NCBI GenBank assembly: GCA_003230015.1
Contig: QIGO01000221.1
Coordinates: 2,449 to 66,448, forward strand
Source of the DNA: Alphaproteobacteria bacterium
GTDB taxonomy: Bacteria; Pseudomonadota; Alphaproteobacteria; UBA6615
Length of the DNA: 64,000 nucleotides
Direction of reading: 5' to 3'
Part shown: one piece after another, positions 1 through 11,138 of the stretch
Layout: the number at the start of each line of letters is the position of its first letter
Numbering within the stretch: position 1 is the first letter of the stretch
Position numbers and translations under genes: made by a program
Notes under the pieces: model-generated
Told to the model about the DNA's origin: nothing
Databases searched by the model: none
The model's input: the letters and a program-made list of their open reading frames with translations, nothing else

Positions 1-1
1 C

Positions 2-622
2 AACAATTTTGCCCTCGCCGCTCTCATTGAGGCCACCGGCGCCGAGCCCCTGACTTTGGGCATCGCCCGTGATAACGAAGCGTCATTGCAAACCCTCGCC
101 GCCGCCGCCGAGGGCACGGACTTACTCCTAACCACCGGCGGCGCCTCGGTCGGCGACCATGATCTCGTCCAGTCGGCACTTGCCAAGCAAGGCCTGGCCC
201 TAGATTTCTGGCGCATCGCCATGCGGCCGGGCAAACCGCTGATGTATGGCCGCTTTGGTTCGGTCCCCCTCATTGGCCTGCCCGGCAACCCGGTCTCGGC
301 GATGGTATGCGCCATCCTCTTTCTCCAGCCCGCCTTGCGCGCCATGCTGGGGCTGACCCGGGACGCCGAACGGACCCACACCGCGATCCTCGGCCATGAC
401 CTCGGCCCAAACGACCGGCGCCAGGAATATCTGCGTGCCACTTTGACGCTCAATGCCACCGGCGAGTCCGTCGCCACCCCGGCAACGAAACAAGACAGTT
501 CCATGTTCGCCACTTTGGCGCGCGCCGATTGTCTCATCGTTCGCCCCCCCGACGCCCCACCGGCAACGGCCGGCGCCCGGGTCGAAATTATCCTCCTCGG
601 CGGCGGCAATATTGGCGTCTAA
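2..622 (+). CDS. moeA: Molybdopterin molybdenumtransferase MoeA, C-terminal part (5' end lies outside the window)
   Basis: ORF 56..622 extends in frame to the window edge. The protein carries the GLPGNP motif and the MoeA C-terminal domain ([23 protein letters not shown]...). Confidence 0.8.
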   Translation, partial: NNFALAALIEATGAEPLTLGIARDNEASLQTLAAAAEGTDLLLTTGGASVGDHDLVQSALAKQGLALDFWRIAMRPGKPLMYGRFGSVPLIGLPGNPVSAMVCAILFLQPALRAMLGLTRDAERTHTAILGHDLGPNDRRQEYLRATLTLNATGESVATPATKQDSSMFATLARADCLIVRPPDAPPATAGARVEIILLGGGNIGV

Positions 623-668
623 CGGCGACTCCCAATATTTCCGGCAGAATATCGTTGACCCGATTCAA

Positions 669-683
669 GAACAGGACTAGAAC
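669..683 (+). promoter_or_regulatory. Alphaproteobacterial SOS box (LexA operator) GAAC-N7-GAAC upstream of lexA
   Basis: The sequence gaacaggactagaac lies ~55 nt upstream of the lexA ATG and matches the GTTC-N7-GTTC / GAAC-N7-GAAC LexA box known from Rhodobacter and Rhizobium. A second GAAC...GTTC element with 12-nt spacing lies at 690..709. Confidence 0.7.
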
Positions 684-738
684 ACCTGAACTGTTTAGTG
701 TTTGTTCTTTCATTTGGCCAGGGATATCCGGGGACCCA

Positions 739-1455
739 ATGCTGACCCGCAAGCAACATGAGCTTCTGCTGTTCATCAATCGCCACCTCACCGAAAATGG
801 TGTTTCACCGTCATTCGATGAAATGAAACAGGCCCTTGGCCTAAAATCAAAATCCGGCATCCATCGCCTGATAACCGGCCTTGAGGAGCGCGGCTTTATC
901 CGCCGGCTGCCCCACCGGGCCCGCGCCTTGGAAATCAAACGCCTGCCCGAAGATATCATCGCCGCGCAAAACGGGCGCCCCGCGACCCCCGGCCGCTTCG
1001 ATCCCCAGGTTATCGAGGGCGGCTTTAGCATCGGCAAAGCCACCGACAGCGGCTCGCCCGCCGGTGACGAAGGCGTCACGAAAATCCCGCTGCTCGGCCG
1101 CATCGCCGCCGGCACGCCCATCGAGGCCCTGCGCGACAACTCCAATTGGCAGCAGATTCCCACCGCCATGCTTGGCGCCGGCGAATATTACTGCCTCGAC
1201 GTCGACGGCGATTCCATGATCGACGCCGGCATTTTGGATGGCGACACCGTGATCATCGAGCGCTGCGATAATGCCGAAAGCGGTGCCATTGTCGTTGCCC
1301 TGGTGGAATCCCAAGAGGTCACCCTCAAACGCCTGCGTAAGCGCAACAATTCCGTCGCCCTGGAGCCCGCCAATCCGAATTACGAAATCCGCATCTTCGG
1401 ACCCGACCAGGTCGAGGTCCAAGGCCGCCTCATTGGCCTGCTCCGCCGCTATTAG
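739..1455 (+). CDS. lexA: LexA repressor
   Basis: ORF 529..1455 has an internal ATG at 739 ([10 protein letters not shown]...). The protein has a winged-helix N-terminus and an S24 peptidase C-terminus (AAGTPIEA...[15 protein letters not shown]...KRL), as expected for a ~238-aa LexA. Confidence 0.93.
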   Translation: MLTRKQHELLLFINRHLTENGVSPSFDEMKQALGLKSKSGIHRLITGLEERGFIRRLPHRARALEIKRLPEDIIAAQNGRPATPGRFDPQVIEGGFSIGKATDSGSPAGDEGVTKIPLLGRIAAGTPIEALRDNSNWQQIPTAMLGAGEYYCLDVDGDSMIDAGILDGDTVIIERCDNAESGAIVVALVESQEVTLKRLRKRNNSVALEPANPNYEIRIFGPDQVEVQGRLIGLLRRY

Positions 1456-1461
1456 ATCGCA

Positions 1462-3624
1462 TCAGGGCACCCAGGGCCGCCGGCCCCGCGCCTCGTTGAC
1501 ATTCGCCACCCGCGCGGTCCCGGGCTCCAGCCATAAGACGTGAGCCCCGCCGTCACGCAGATCCCACGGCGTGATCCTGGTATGCGGTCGCGTACAATCT
1601 CTTGGTACCGGCGCCCGGCTGATGATGATATCCGCCACCCGGCAATCGTCCCAGAATGCCGCCGCATCCCGCACCAGCGCCACCGTCTGCCCTTTCACGC
1701 GGAAAATACAGCCCACCCCGTCGCAAGCCAGGCGGCCATCCTCGCTTGCACCTGATTTCGGAAATGTCGCCCACTCATCGATCCCGGCCCGCCGCAGCCA
1801 GATACCGCGCGTAAACGCCGCTGCCCTGCCGCTCGATAGCAGCAATCCGCCATTGCCATCGCTTAGGCCAATCAGCTTCCCATCGCTGTTTACCCAGATA
1901 TCCGGCGCCCGCGTCTGACCCACCGTCAGCAACCCAATCAACACCGCAGCCAGCCCGCCCCACCGCCAGGATCGGCGCATCAAGCACAACCAGAGACCGC
2001 CAAACACCACGGCGATCAGACCCGCCAGCGGCATGGCGCGAACCGATATGGCCGCCCCCGGCCAGGCCGCGACGGTTTTCGCCACCGCCAGGATCCCATC
2101 GACGCCCCAGCCCATGGGGACCAGCGCCAGGGCTTCCAGCCCAAACGGCATCAGTATTAAGGCCAGCACCGCCCACGGCATGACCCACATTCCCGTCAGC
2201 GGCACCGCCGCCAGGTTCGCCACCATCCCGAACACCGCCACCCGGTTGAATTGCTGGATGGCAAACGGCATCGTTGCCAGGCCGGCAACCAGGGTCGTAA
2301 AGGACACACCAACGGCATACAGCGCCAAGCGCCGCAACGGCCCGGCACTGCCATACCAGGCCGCCATCTTCGGTCCGGCCCGTTCATAGAACGCCACCAG
2401 CGCCAGCACCGCCGCGAATGACATCTGGAAACTCGCCCCAACAATGCTCTCTGGCCGCATCAGCAGCACCACCGCCGCCGCCCACGCCACCAGCCGCAGC
2501 GAAATTGCGGTCCGGTCCAGCATCACCGCCACCAGTACCAGGCCGGTCATGACAAACGCCCGCCGCGTCGGCACCGGCGCCCCGGCCAGCAGCAGATAAC
2601 CGAATATCCCCACCAGGGCCATCAGGGCCGCCCATTTCTTGATCGGCCAGTGCAAGGCAACCGGCGCCGCCAGCGCCAGCGACCCCCGCACCACAAAAAA
2701 CAGCAACCCCGCGACCAGGCCCATATGCAGGCCGGATATCGCCAATAAATGGGCCAGACCCGCATCGCGCATGGCGGTTAGCGCAGTTTCCGAGATGCCG
2801 CCCCGCTGCCCCATTAACAGCGCCGCCGCCACCGCGCCCGTGTCCCCGTCCAACACCGCGGTGACCCGCCGCAAGACCCCTTGCCTCAGAGCCGCGATGA
2901 AGCGCTTGCCGACACCGGGTTCACGCGGCTCGAGCACCAGGACTTGCCCCATGGCAAAGCCCACCGCCCCCAGCCGCGCAAACCACGCCTGGCGCTGAAA
3001 ATCGAACGCCCCCGGCGCCGACGGCCCCGGCGGCGGCAGCAGCGAGGCGCGAACGCGAATAAGGCTGCCCACATCGGGCGGTTCCCGGTCGCCGCGAACC
3101 CTGATGCGGACCAGTACCGGTGTCTCGGCCGCCGCAAGCCGCGCCACCACCGGGTCTGCCACCGTCACGCGAAAGCCGCCGGCAACCGGATCGGCACGCG
3201 CCACCCGCCCCTCGACCATAACAGCCGATATCTGCCGCTCCAGCACCGGCGCGGCGACAAGCATCGTCCGCCACTGCGCCGCATTGAACCCCACCGCCAG
3301 CGCCAACACGGCACTTGCCGCCACCAGGGCCGGCACCCGCCGCCGCACTTGCCAGACCAGCAAACCGGCGCCGCCGATCATCGCCATACCCAGCCAGAAC
3401 GGCGGTTCGAACCGCAACGAAAAATAGCCTGCGACCCCAACCCCGAGCGCCACCGCCAGCCAGGGCACCAAGCCATGACGTTCTGCGCGCAATGTTTCCT
3501 GCAGCCACGAAACCAATCCCGCGGCTCCTGCCGGCGGCACCAACTCCGCGCCCAAGGCCTGCCAGGCAGCCCGCACAATCCCTCCCCTCAAAGGCCGGCG
3601 CGCCGAATCGGTGCGGCGCGCCAC
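1462..3624 (-). CDS. comEC: ComEC/Rec2 family DNA internalization channel protein
   Basis: 720-aa polytopic membrane protein with a competence-domain region (ISGLHMGLVAGLLFF...). It sits in the conserved lexA-comEC-gltX-gltA arrangement of alphaproteobacteria. Confidence 0.85.
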   Translation of the reverse strand: MARRTDSARRPLRGGIVRAAWQALGAELVPPAGAAGLVSWLQETLRAERHGLVPWLAVALGVGVAGYFSLRFEPPFWLGMAMIGGAGLLVWQVRRRVPALVAASAVLALAVGFNAAQWRTMLVAAPVLERQISAVMVEGRVARADPVAGGFRVTVADPVVARLAAAETPVLVRIRVRGDREPPDVGSLIRVRASLLPPPGPSAPGAFDFQRQAWFARLGAVGFAMGQVLVLEPREPGVGKRFIAALRQGVLRRVTAVLDGDTGAVAAALLMGQRGGISETALTAMRDAGLAHLLAISGLHMGLVAGLLFFVVRGSLALAAPVALHWPIKKWAALMALVGIFGYLLLAGAPVPTRRAFVMTGLVLVAVMLDRTAISLRLVAWAAAVVLLMRPESIVGASFQMSFAAVLALVAFYERAGPKMAAWYGSAGPLRRLALYAVGVSFTTLVAGLATMPFAIQQFNRVAVFGMVANLAAVPLTGMWVMPWAVLALILMPFGLEALALVPMGWGVDGILAVAKTVAAWPGAAISVRAMPLAGLIAVVFGGLWLCLMRRSWRWGGLAAVLIGLLTVGQTRAPDIWVNSDGKLIGLSDGNGGLLLSSGRAAAFTRGIWLRRAGIDEWATFPKSGASEDGRLACDGVGCIFRVKGQTVALVRDAAAFWDDCRVADIIISRAPVPRDCTRPHTRITPWDLRDGGAHVLWLEPGTARVANVNEARGRRPWVP

Positions 3625-3738
3625 TGCGGCACGCGGAAGTGTTAGGCACCTGCCCCAACGGGCGCAAGCCTGGAGGCTGCGGTGTCAGGCGCGATTGTGC
3701 TAGAAGACCTCGCCCACCAATCCACTCTTTCGGTAACT

Positions 3739-5169
3739 ATGACTGTCGTCACCCGCTTCGCCCCCTCGCCCACCGGCTTTCTCCATATCGGTGGAGCCCG
3801 CACAGCCCTGTTCAATTGGCTGTTCAGCCGCCACCATGGCGGCACATTTCGCCTGCGCATCGAAGATACCGACGCCAAACGGTCCACCCCGGAGGCCATC
3901 GAGGGAATCCTCGACGGTCTCGGCTGGCTTGAATTGGACTGGGACGGCGATACGGTTTTTCAATCCCGCAACGCCGCCCGCCACGCCGCCATTGCCGAAC
4001 AGCTACTCGCCAGCGGCAACGCCTATCGTTGTTTTTGCACCCCCGACGAACTGGCGCAGATGCGCACCGAGGCCCGAGCGCAAGGCCGCACGCGGCTCTA
4101 TGACGGACGCTGGCGCGACCGCGACCCCGCCGAGGCACCGGCGGGCATTTCCCCGGTCGTCCGCGTCAAAATGCCACTCCAAGGACAAACGGTCATCCAG
4201 GATCTGGTGCAAGGCGAAGTAACCGTCGCCAATCAGCAGCTCGATGATTTCATTCTGCTCCGTGCCGATGGCTCGCCCACCTACATGCTGTCCGTTGTCG
4301 TCGACGATCACGACATGGCCATCACCCATGTCATCCGCGGCGACGATCACCTCAACAACGCCTTCCGCCAACTCCATCTTTACCAAGCCTGCGGTTGGGA
4401 TATCCCGGACTTCGCCCACATCCCGCTTATCCACGGATCCGACGGCGCCAAACTTTCCAAACGCCACGGCGCCTTGGGTGTCGACGCCTATCGCGACATG
4501 GGATATCTGCCCGAAGCGTTACGCAACTATCTCCTGCGCCTGGGCTGGAGCCATGGCGACGAAGAGATTATCGATACCCCGCAGGCCATCGCCTGGTTCG
4601 ACCTCGACTCGGTGGGCCGCGCCGCCGCCCGCATGGACTTCACCAAACTTGAATCCCTCAACGCTCACTATATTCGCCAGGCGGACCGTGACCGCCTGAT
4701 TGAGCTCATCCGGCCGCAACTGGAACGCTCCCTCGGCCACCCCATCGACGATCCCGGGCTCGAGCGTTTGAACAAAGGCCTCGACGGATTGAGACAACGC
4801 ACAAAAACCCTGCTCGAACTGGCCGAATCGGCCTTGATATATTGCCGCCATGGCCCGTTGCCCATTTCCCCGGCGGCGGCAAAACTCCTCGATCCCGATG
4901 CCACCGCGCATCTCAAACGGCTCTCTATACCCTTGCGCGCACTAGCCCCGTGGAACGAGCAAAATCTTGAATCGTTGCTGCGCGAATATTGTGAGCAATC
5001 GGACATCAAATTTGGTAAGATCGCGCAGCCACTCAGAGCGGCCTTGACTGGCACGACCAAGTCCCCGGGCATATTTGAGGTTATGAATATACTCGGCCGC
5101 GACGAAGTGTTGCGGCGCCTCTCCATGGTGACCGGAGAGACCGAGCCGGGTTTTTTTCCAGGCCGCTGA
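3739..5169 (+). CDS. gltX: Glutamate--tRNA ligase
   Basis: HIGH motif (HIGGARTALFNW) and KMSKS-type motif (KLSKRHG). The start was chosen at MTVVTRFAPSPTGF within ORF 3682..5169. Confidence 0.93.
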   Translation: MTVVTRFAPSPTGFLHIGGARTALFNWLFSRHHGGTFRLRIEDTDAKRSTPEAIEGILDGLGWLELDWDGDTVFQSRNAARHAAIAEQLLASGNAYRCFCTPDELAQMRTEARAQGRTRLYDGRWRDRDPAEAPAGISPVVRVKMPLQGQTVIQDLVQGEVTVANQQLDDFILLRADGSPTYMLSVVVDDHDMAITHVIRGDDHLNNAFRQLHLYQACGWDIPDFAHIPLIHGSDGAKLSKRHGALGVDAYRDMGYLPEALRNYLLRLGWSHGDEEIIDTPQAIAWFDLDSVGRAAARMDFTKLESLNAHYIRQADRDRLIELIRPQLERSLGHPIDDPGLERLNKGLDGLRQRTKTLLELAESALIYCRHGPLPISPAAAKLLDPDATAHLKRLSIPLRALAPWNEQNLESLLREYCEQSDIKFGKIAQPLRAALTGTTKSPGIFEVMNILGRDEVLRRLSMVTGETEPGFFPGR

Positions 5170-5261
5170 TTTGCGCTCCGCAGGTCAGGTCAAGTAGGTT
5201 GGCGCGAGGCAGCTCCCATTCGCCTCCGGCGCGATTTTAACTGGTACATAGGAATTAACAC

Positions 5262-6590
5262 ATGACAGCAGAACGCGCGGCGAGCCACGTCGAAACAGAA
5301 GAAACCGTAACGCTGACAATTGATAAGACAGGCGAAACTCATCAGCTGCGCGTTCTCTCCGGAACGACCGGCCCTAGCGCTATTGATGTACGCGACTTAT
5401 ACGCCCAGACGGGCATGTTCACCTACGATCCCGGTTTCACCTCGACCGCGAGCTGCGACTCTTCCCTGACCTATATTGACGGCGATGCCGGCATTCTGCG
5501 CCATCGCGGTTACGCCATCGAAGACCTTGCCGAGCACAGCGACTTCATGGAGGTGTGCTACCTGCTGCTCAACGGCGATTTGCCCAACGCCAAACAGAAA
5601 GCAAAATTCGAGCACACCATTACCAATCACACCATGGTGCATGAACAGCTCATGTATCTGTTCCGGGGTTTTCGGCGCGATGCCCACCCCATGTCCATTC
5701 TTGTCGGTGTCACCGGCGCATTGTCCGCCTTTTATCATGACTCCACCGACATTTCCGACGCCCACCAGCGCATGGTGGCATCCCACCGCCTGATCGCCAA
5801 GATGCCGACCATCGCCGCCTTGGCTTACAAATATTCCATTGGCCAGCCCTTCGTATATCCGCGCAACGACCTCAACTTCGCCGAGAATTTTCTCCATATG
5901 ACTTTTTCGGTTCCGGCCGAGGAATACCGGCTGCTGCCGGAAGTTTCCCGCGCCATGGACCGGATATTTATCCTCCACGCCGATCATGAGCAGAACGCGT
6001 CCACCTCCACGGTTCGCCTGGCCGGTTCATCCGGCGCCAACCCCTTCGCCTGCATTGCCGCTGGTATCTCCTCCCTATGGGGTCCGGCTCACGGCGGCGC
6101 CAACGAAGCCGTTCTCAACATGCTGGGGGAGATCGGCAGCAAAGACCGCATCCCCGAATTCATTGCCCGCGCCAAGGACAAGGACGATCCATTCCGCCTC
6201 ATGGGCTTTGGCCATCGCGTCTACAAGAACTATGACCCCCGCGCCACGGTGTTGCGTAAATCCTGTGACGAAGTTTTGGCGGCACTTGGCGTTGGCGACG
6301 AACCTTTGCTCGACCTGGCCATGGAGCTTGAAAAAACCGCCTTGGCCGACCCCTATTTCGTCGAGCGCAAGCTCTTTCCCAACGTCGATTTCTATTCCGG
6401 CATCCTGCTCAAGGCCATGGGCTTCCCCACCAGCATGTTCACAGTTTTGTTCGCCCTTGCCCGAACCGTCGGCTGGGTCGCTCAATGGAAGGAAATGGTG
6501 GAAGATCCCAAACAACGCATCGGCCGCCCACGGCAACTCTATGTCGGCCCGGACGAGCGCAAATTTGTCCCCATGGCCGGGCGCCGATAG
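5262..6590 (+). CDS. gltA: Citrate synthase (type II)
   Basis: 442-aa protein with hallmark citrate synthase regions ([37 protein letters not shown]). Confidence 0.95.
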   Translation: MTAERAASHVETEETVTLTIDKTGETHQLRVLSGTTGPSAIDVRDLYAQTGMFTYDPGFTSTASCDSSLTYIDGDAGILRHRGYAIEDLAEHSDFMEVCYLLLNGDLPNAKQKAKFEHTITNHTMVHEQLMYLFRGFRRDAHPMSILVGVTGALSAFYHDSTDISDAHQRMVASHRLIAKMPTIAALAYKYSIGQPFVYPRNDLNFAENFLHMTFSVPAEEYRLLPEVSRAMDRIFILHADHEQNASTSTVRLAGSSGANPFACIAAGISSLWGPAHGGANEAVLNMLGEIGSKDRIPEFIARAKDKDDPFRLMGFGHRVYKNYDPRATVLRKSCDEVLAALGVGDEPLLDLAMELEKTALADPYFVERKLFPNVDFYSGILLKAMGFPTSMFTVLFALARTVGWVAQWKEMVEDPKQRIGRPRQLYVGPDERKFVPMAGRR

Positions 6591-6709
6591 CCGTGATTCC
6601 CCATCCCCCACGGCGCCTGGTCCCGCGACCACGAGCCGCCCAGGCGAAGTTAAAGCGCGATGTCGCGAATCGGCGCATCCGTGTCGGCCCGGCAGCAAAC
6701 GATAACAAC

Positions 6710-6751
6710 GCCATGCGCCCCCGCCGCGGCCGCATGGCTTTGTTTTTTGTT
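6710..6751 (+). terminator. Rho-independent terminator of gltA
   Basis: The stem gccatgcg/cgcatggc encloses the loop cccccgccgcggc and is followed by tttgttttttgtt. It lies between the convergent gltA and lpxB. Confidence 0.6.
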
Positions 6752-6786
6752 ATCTTGCTGGCACTGGCCGCCGTTTGGCTGGCACT

Positions 6787-7944
6787 TTAGGCAACGCCCG
6801 CGCGACCGGCCACCAAATCGCATAATGTTTTTGCTGCCCGCTCGCTCGGCAGCGGCCCGGCATGACCCAGCGCCCGCACCGCCTCGGCGCCGGCGGCCAT
6901 AACATCCTGCCGCCGCGACGGCACGCTGAGCAAATTTTCCAAGGCCTCGGCCAGCGGTTTCGGGCGGCATTGGTCTTGCAGCAATTCCGGCGACGCGGCC
7001 CGGCTAACCAGCAAATTGACCAATGACACGAACCGGACCCGTATCATGCGGCGCAAGAACAACGCCGTCAGCGGCGCGACTTTGTAGCCGATAACCGTTG
7101 GCACGCGGGCCATTGCCAACTCCAGAGCCACGGTACCGGAGGCCGCGAGCGCGACATCGCTGGCGGCCATCGCATCGAAGCGCGACGCACGATCCTCGAC
7201 CACCACCACATCGACGGGCCAGGCCTCGGTAGCCTTACGCACGTTCTCAACAATGTGGGGCAGCGTCGGCACCACCGCGACGAGCCCTCTCCGCCGCGCC
7301 GCCAATTCGCTGACGGCTCCGCCAAACGGCCCCAGCAGGCGGTTCACCTCGCCATGGCGGCTACCGGGCAAAACACAGACCACGGTGACGCCGGCCCCGA
7401 TGCCATGTCTCTCCCGGAACCCCGCCCCGTCTCCTTTATCTGCACCGCCCTCGATCACGGGATGGCCGACAAAACTGCACGCCAGCCCGGCCCGCTCGAA
7501 ATACGGCGGCTCAAACGGCAACAATGCCAGCATGTGATCGAATGCCCGCCGAAATTTATGCACCCGCCGCGCCCGCCATGCCCACACGGTTGGCGCGACA
7601 TAATGGACCCGCAGCATCGATCGGCTCCGCAGCCGGCGCACCACGCCAAAAGCAAACGCCGGCGAATCTATCGTCACCAAGATGTCGGGCTGGGTTTCCT
7701 CCACCGCCCGCGCCGCCACCCCCATCAGCCGCAGCAGCGACCGCGCCCTGGGTATGACTTCGAAAACACCCATTACGGCAAGTTCGGCGTAGTCGAACAG
7801 GCTTTGCAACCCCTGCTCAGCCATCTGCGGACCGCCAACACCGCTAAACCGCACTTCGTCGCCCAATTGGCGCTTCAATGCCACCATCAGCCGGGCACCG
7901 ATCAGGTCCCCCGACGGCTCGCCAGCGATCAGAAAAAAATGCAT
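6787..7944 (-). CDS. lpxB: Lipid-A-disaccharide synthase
   Basis: MHFFLIAGEPSGDLIGARLM... is a typical LpxB N-terminus. The protein is 385 aa. Confidence 0.92.
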   Translation of the reverse strand: MHFFLIAGEPSGDLIGARLMVALKRQLGDEVRFSGVGGPQMAEQGLQSLFDYAELAVMGVFEVIPRARSLLRLMGVAARAVEETQPDILVTIDSPAFAFGVVRRLRSRSMLRVHYVAPTVWAWRARRVHKFRRAFDHMLALLPFEPPYFERAGLACSFVGHPVIEGGADKGDGAGFRERHGIGAGVTVVCVLPGSRHGEVNRLLGPFGGAVSELAARRRGLVAVVPTLPHIVENVRKATEAWPVDVVVVEDRASRFDAMAASDVALAASGTVALELAMARVPTVIGYKVAPLTALFLRRMIRVRFVSLVNLLVSRAASPELLQDQCRPKPLAEALENLLSVPSRRQDVMAAGAEAVRALGHAGPLPSERAAKTLCDLVAGRAGVA

Positions 7945-7954
7945 GACTATTTAC

Positions 7955-8824
7955 TTAGTCGACCGGCGCAGCGGGCTGTGCGCCACCATCCTCGGCGCCA
8001 AACGCCGGCTGCACGCCGATGACGAACAAATCCAGTTCATCGGCCCGCGCCACCATCGCCTCTCGGTGCAAGATCAGGCTCTCCCCCGCCTGCACCGCAA
8101 TACCGCGAAGCCCGGCATGCGCGGCGTGACGCACCGTTTCGAGCCCGATTGTTGGCAGGTCCGCGCGTCGTTCCTGCCCCGGTTTGGCCAGCTTGACCAA
8201 CACGCCGCCCGGCCCCTCGCGCCTCAGTTCGCCGCACCGCGCCAGCAGCGCATCCGTACCCTCGACCGCCTCCAGCGCCAGCACGATACCTTGTTGCACC
8301 ACCACCGCCTGCGCCACATCCACGGCCCCCAAGGTCCGGGCCACCTCGATCCCCCGGACAATATCCTTGACCGCCGTTTCATCCGGCGCGTGACGGCCCA
8401 ACAGGCCCTCCGGCGCCAGCAGCGGTTTCAACAAGCTGTCGGCGCCGATCACCCGAAATCCCTCCCGGCTCTCCAACTCCTGCAACAGCGCGTGCAACAA
8501 CCCATCGTCACCTTTTGCCAGTATGCCCCGTGCCAGAAACTCCGCCGCCCGCCCATCGGGCCGCAGTTCGACAATCGACGGCCGCCGCACCGGCCCGGCC
8601 AGCACGATGTCTTTCACCCCGGCGCCATGCAGCGCCGTCAGCGCCTTTTTCGCCGCCCCCAACCTCACCCAGACATGCGGTGTATCGCCAACGACCCGCG
8701 CATCGGCATGCCCCTTGAACGCGACGATAAATACCTCGCGCCCGGCGTCCCGGCAGGCCGCGGCAAGATATCCCGGCAGCGGGCCTCCCCCAGCCAGAAC
8801 ACCCAGCGTCCTATCCGTCTCCAT
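7955..8824 (-). CDS. lpxI: UDP-2,3-diacylglucosamine hydrolase LpxI (DUF1009)
   Basis: The protein starts at the internal Met [17 protein letters not shown] of ORF 7955..8923. Its position between lpxA and lpxB is the alphaproteobacterial LpxI locus. It overlaps the lpxA stop by 14 nt. Confidence 0.8.
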   Translation of the reverse strand: METDRTLGVLAGGGPLPGYLAAACRDAGREVFIVAFKGHADARVVGDTPHVWVRLGAAKKALTALHGAGVKDIVLAGPVRRPSIVELRPDGRAAEFLARGILAKGDDGLLHALLQELESREGFRVIGADSLLKPLLAPEGLLGRHAPDETAVKDIVRGIEVARTLGAVDVAQAVVVQQGIVLALEAVEGTDALLARCGELRREGPGGVLVKLAKPGQERRADLPTIGLETVRHAAHAGLRGIAVQAGESLILHREAMVARADELDLFVIGVQPAFGAEDGGAQPAAPVD

Positions 8825-9614
8825 GCACCGGCCGCGGCTGCAATACCTGCCGCGAAGTCTGCTCTTGCATGAAGTTGATGATGTCCATGACCGGCTCGCT
8901 CGACTTATAGAGCTCGATCGCATCGCTCAGACGCTCGGCAAGCGTGCCCTCATTGGCGAACAGCGACCGGTAGGCCGCGCGCAGCTCGTGAATCGTTTCC
9001 CGCGAAAAACCACGGCGCTTGAGGCCAATAATATTCAACCCCGTGAGCCTTGCCCGATCACCGAACGCCGACCCATAGGGGATCACGTCATGCTCGACAC
9101 CTGACATACCGCCAACCATCGCATGGGCGCCGACCCGCACGAACTGGTGCACACCGCACAGCCCGCCAAGGATCACATGGTCCCCCAGGGTCACATGCCC
9201 GGCCAGCGTCGCGTTGTTTGCCATGATGACATTGTTGCCGACGATGCAGTCGTGGGCCACATGCGAACCGCCCATGAACAGGCAGTCGTTGCCGACACGT
9301 GTCACCATGCCGCCCCCCTTGGTACCTGGATTCATCGTGACATGCTCACGGATGACGTTGCCTGAACCGATAACCAGTTCCGACGCTTCGCCGCGGTATT
9401 TAAGATCCTGCGGTTGCAACCCGATTGAGGTGAAAGGAAACAGCGAGCAGCCTGGCCCTATCCGCGTACGGCCGCCGACGACGACATGACCGTGCAGCAC
9501 GACCCCGTCGCCCAAGGTAACATTCGGGCCGACAATACAGAACGGCCCGATCGCGACATCCTCGCCGATCGCCGCGCCATCTTCAATGACGGCACTTGGA
9601 TGAATTTGTGTCAT
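8811..9614 (-). CDS. lpxA: Acyl-ACP--UDP-N-acetylglucosamine O-acyltransferase
   Basis: Left-handed beta-helix hexapeptide repeats; [29 protein letters not shown]... Confidence 0.93.
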   Translation of the reverse strand: MTQIHPSAVIEDGAAIGEDVAIGPFCIVGPNVTLGDGVVLHGHVVVGGRTRIGPGCSLFPFTSIGLQPQDLKYRGEASELVIGSGNVIREHVTMNPGTKGGGMVTRVGNDCLFMGGSHVAHDCIVGNNVIMANNATLAGHVTLGDHVILGGLCGVHQFVRVGAHAMVGGMSGVEHDVIPYGSAFGDRARLTGLNIIGLKRRGFSRETIHELRAAYRSLFANEGTLAERLSDAIELYKSSEPVMDIINFMQEQTSRQVLQPRPVHGDG

Positions 9615-10093
9615 TCACTATCCATGATCATCGCGGTAAAGGTCGCCTCGGCGACAATTTGCCCGTTCACGCGGCCTTCGCCACGGAACTTCCATACCGG
9701 TCCGCGATTTCGAATTTTTGCCACATGCAGGTAAAGTACATCCCCCGGTGTCACCGGTTTGCGAAAGCGCCCATCCTCGACGCTCATAAAATAGACCAAT
9801 TTTCCTTTTGCACTGTCGCCCAGCGTTTCGACCACCAGGACGGCGGCGGTTTGCGCCATCGCCTCGATAATCAGCACACCCGGCATAACGGGGCGTGACG
9901 GAAAATGACCGCGAAAATGCGGCTCGATAGCTGTCACATTTTTTACACCGATCGCGCTGACATCCGGGAAAATACCCTCCGCCCGGTCGATCATCAGGAA
10001 CGGCTCGCGATGGGGGATCAATTCCATGATCCGTTCCACATCCGCGCTCCGTCCCGTCGTTTGCACTGCCCCAGTATCCATCATCGCCGCCAA
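9611..10093 (-). CDS. fabZ: 3-hydroxyacyl-ACP dehydratase
   Basis: Hot-dog fold motifs ([18 protein letters not shown]). It overlaps lpxA by 4 nt. Confidence 0.93.
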   Translation of the reverse strand: MAAMMDTGAVQTTGRSADVERIMELIPHREPFLMIDRAEGIFPDVSAIGVKNVTAIEPHFRGHFPSRPVMPGVLIIEAMAQTAAVLVVETLGDSAKGKLVYFMSVEDGRFRKPVTPGDVLYLHVAKIRNRGPVWKFRGEGRVNGQIVAEATFTAMIMDSE

Positions 10094-10095
10094 GA

Positions 10096-11124
10096 TTATT
10101 TGCCGTCTCCACCTTTTGCCAATTTTGCCAACAGGGCGAATTGGCGAAAAAACTCTTTTGCCGGAATGGCCGGGTTTCCGGCCATTCTTGAACCCGCGGG
10201 CGCGTCACGCATCAATCCCGAACGCGCGGCAAGCTGCACTCCGGCACCGATCTTGATATGGCCGGCCACCCCGGCCTGGCCCCCGATGACAACCAAATCA
10301 CCCAATTTGGCACTACCCGACAGCCCCACCTGAGCGACGATGACGCACCCCCGGCCAAGCTGCACGTTGTGCCCGATTTGCACCAAATTATCAATCTTGC
10401 AGCCGTCGCCAATTATTGTGTCCGGTCCGGCACCGCGGTCAACCGTACTATTGGCACCGATTTCCACATCGTCCCCAATTATCACTCGGCCAAGCTGAGG
10501 CACGTCCAAATGGCCGTCCGACGACATATCGAAGCCAAATCCCCGCTGCCCGATCCGCACCCCCGGATGAATAAGCGCCCGCGCACCCACCAAACAATGG
10601 CTGAGTGTAGCATTGGGCCCGACGGCACAATCTGCGCCAATGACCACGAACGGCCCGATCACCGTATTGGCGCCAATCTGGACCCGGTCGCCAATTTCGG
10701 CCCCCCGCCCGATGACCACCCCCGCCCCGACCGAAACACCGCTGCCAAGCCTGGCACTGCCATCGATCTGAGCGCTGGCATGACGTTCATCCACAGCCGC
10801 CTGGTCACCATAGAAGGCTTGTGCAATGAGGGCATACGCCCTGTAGGGCCTATCGCTGGTCAGCAGCACCATGCCCCTTGGTGCAAATTTTGCGTATTTG
10901 GCCACCACGACGCAAGCGCCCGCCGCACTTTCCTTGAATTGCTCCAGATACCGTGGATTGTCGAGAAAGCTGACGGTCTCGGCACTGGCGCTGTCCAGCG
11001 GCGCTACATCATGCATCACCCGATCGCCGTCTGCGTCATCGCCAAGCTCTATCGCCGCGATTTCCGCCAAATCCCGCAAAGAGAACGGGCCGCAATTCTT
11101 GAAGAAGCGAGGATCGGCCATCAA
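10096..11124 (-). CDS. lpxD: UDP-3-O-acylglucosamine N-acyltransferase
   Basis: 342-aa protein with C-terminal hexapeptide repeats, in the conserved lpxD-fabZ-lpxA order. Confidence 0.92.
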   Translation of the reverse strand: MMADPRFFKNCGPFSLRDLAEIAAIELGDDADGDRVMHDVAPLDSASAETVSFLDNPRYLEQFKESAAGACVVVAKYAKFAPRGMVLLTSDRPYRAYALIAQAFYGDQAAVDERHASAQIDGSARLGSGVSVGAGVVIGRGAEIGDRVQIGANTVIGPFVVIGADCAVGPNATLSHCLVGARALIHPGVRIGQRGFGFDMSSDGHLDVPQLGRVIIGDDVEIGANSTVDRGAGPDTIIGDGCKIDNLVQIGHNVQLGRGCVIVAQVGLSGSAKLGDLVVIGGQAGVAGHIKIGAGVQLAARSGLMRDAPAGSRMAGNPAIPAKEFFRQFALLAKLAKGGDGK

Positions 11125-11138
11125 CGCACGCCCAAATA

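Noticed and set aside
6716-6790. Short ORF encoding MRPRRGRMALFFVILLALAAVWLAL (tail of ORF 6485..6790), which looks like a small basic-plus-TM membrane peptide.
   Set aside because: The sequence coincides with the gltA intrinsic terminator hairpin (gccatgcg...cgcatggc) and its T-tract. The F/L/V codons come from the T-run (TTT, TTG, GTT) and are atypical for this genome's codon usage. It is more parsimoniously non-coding.
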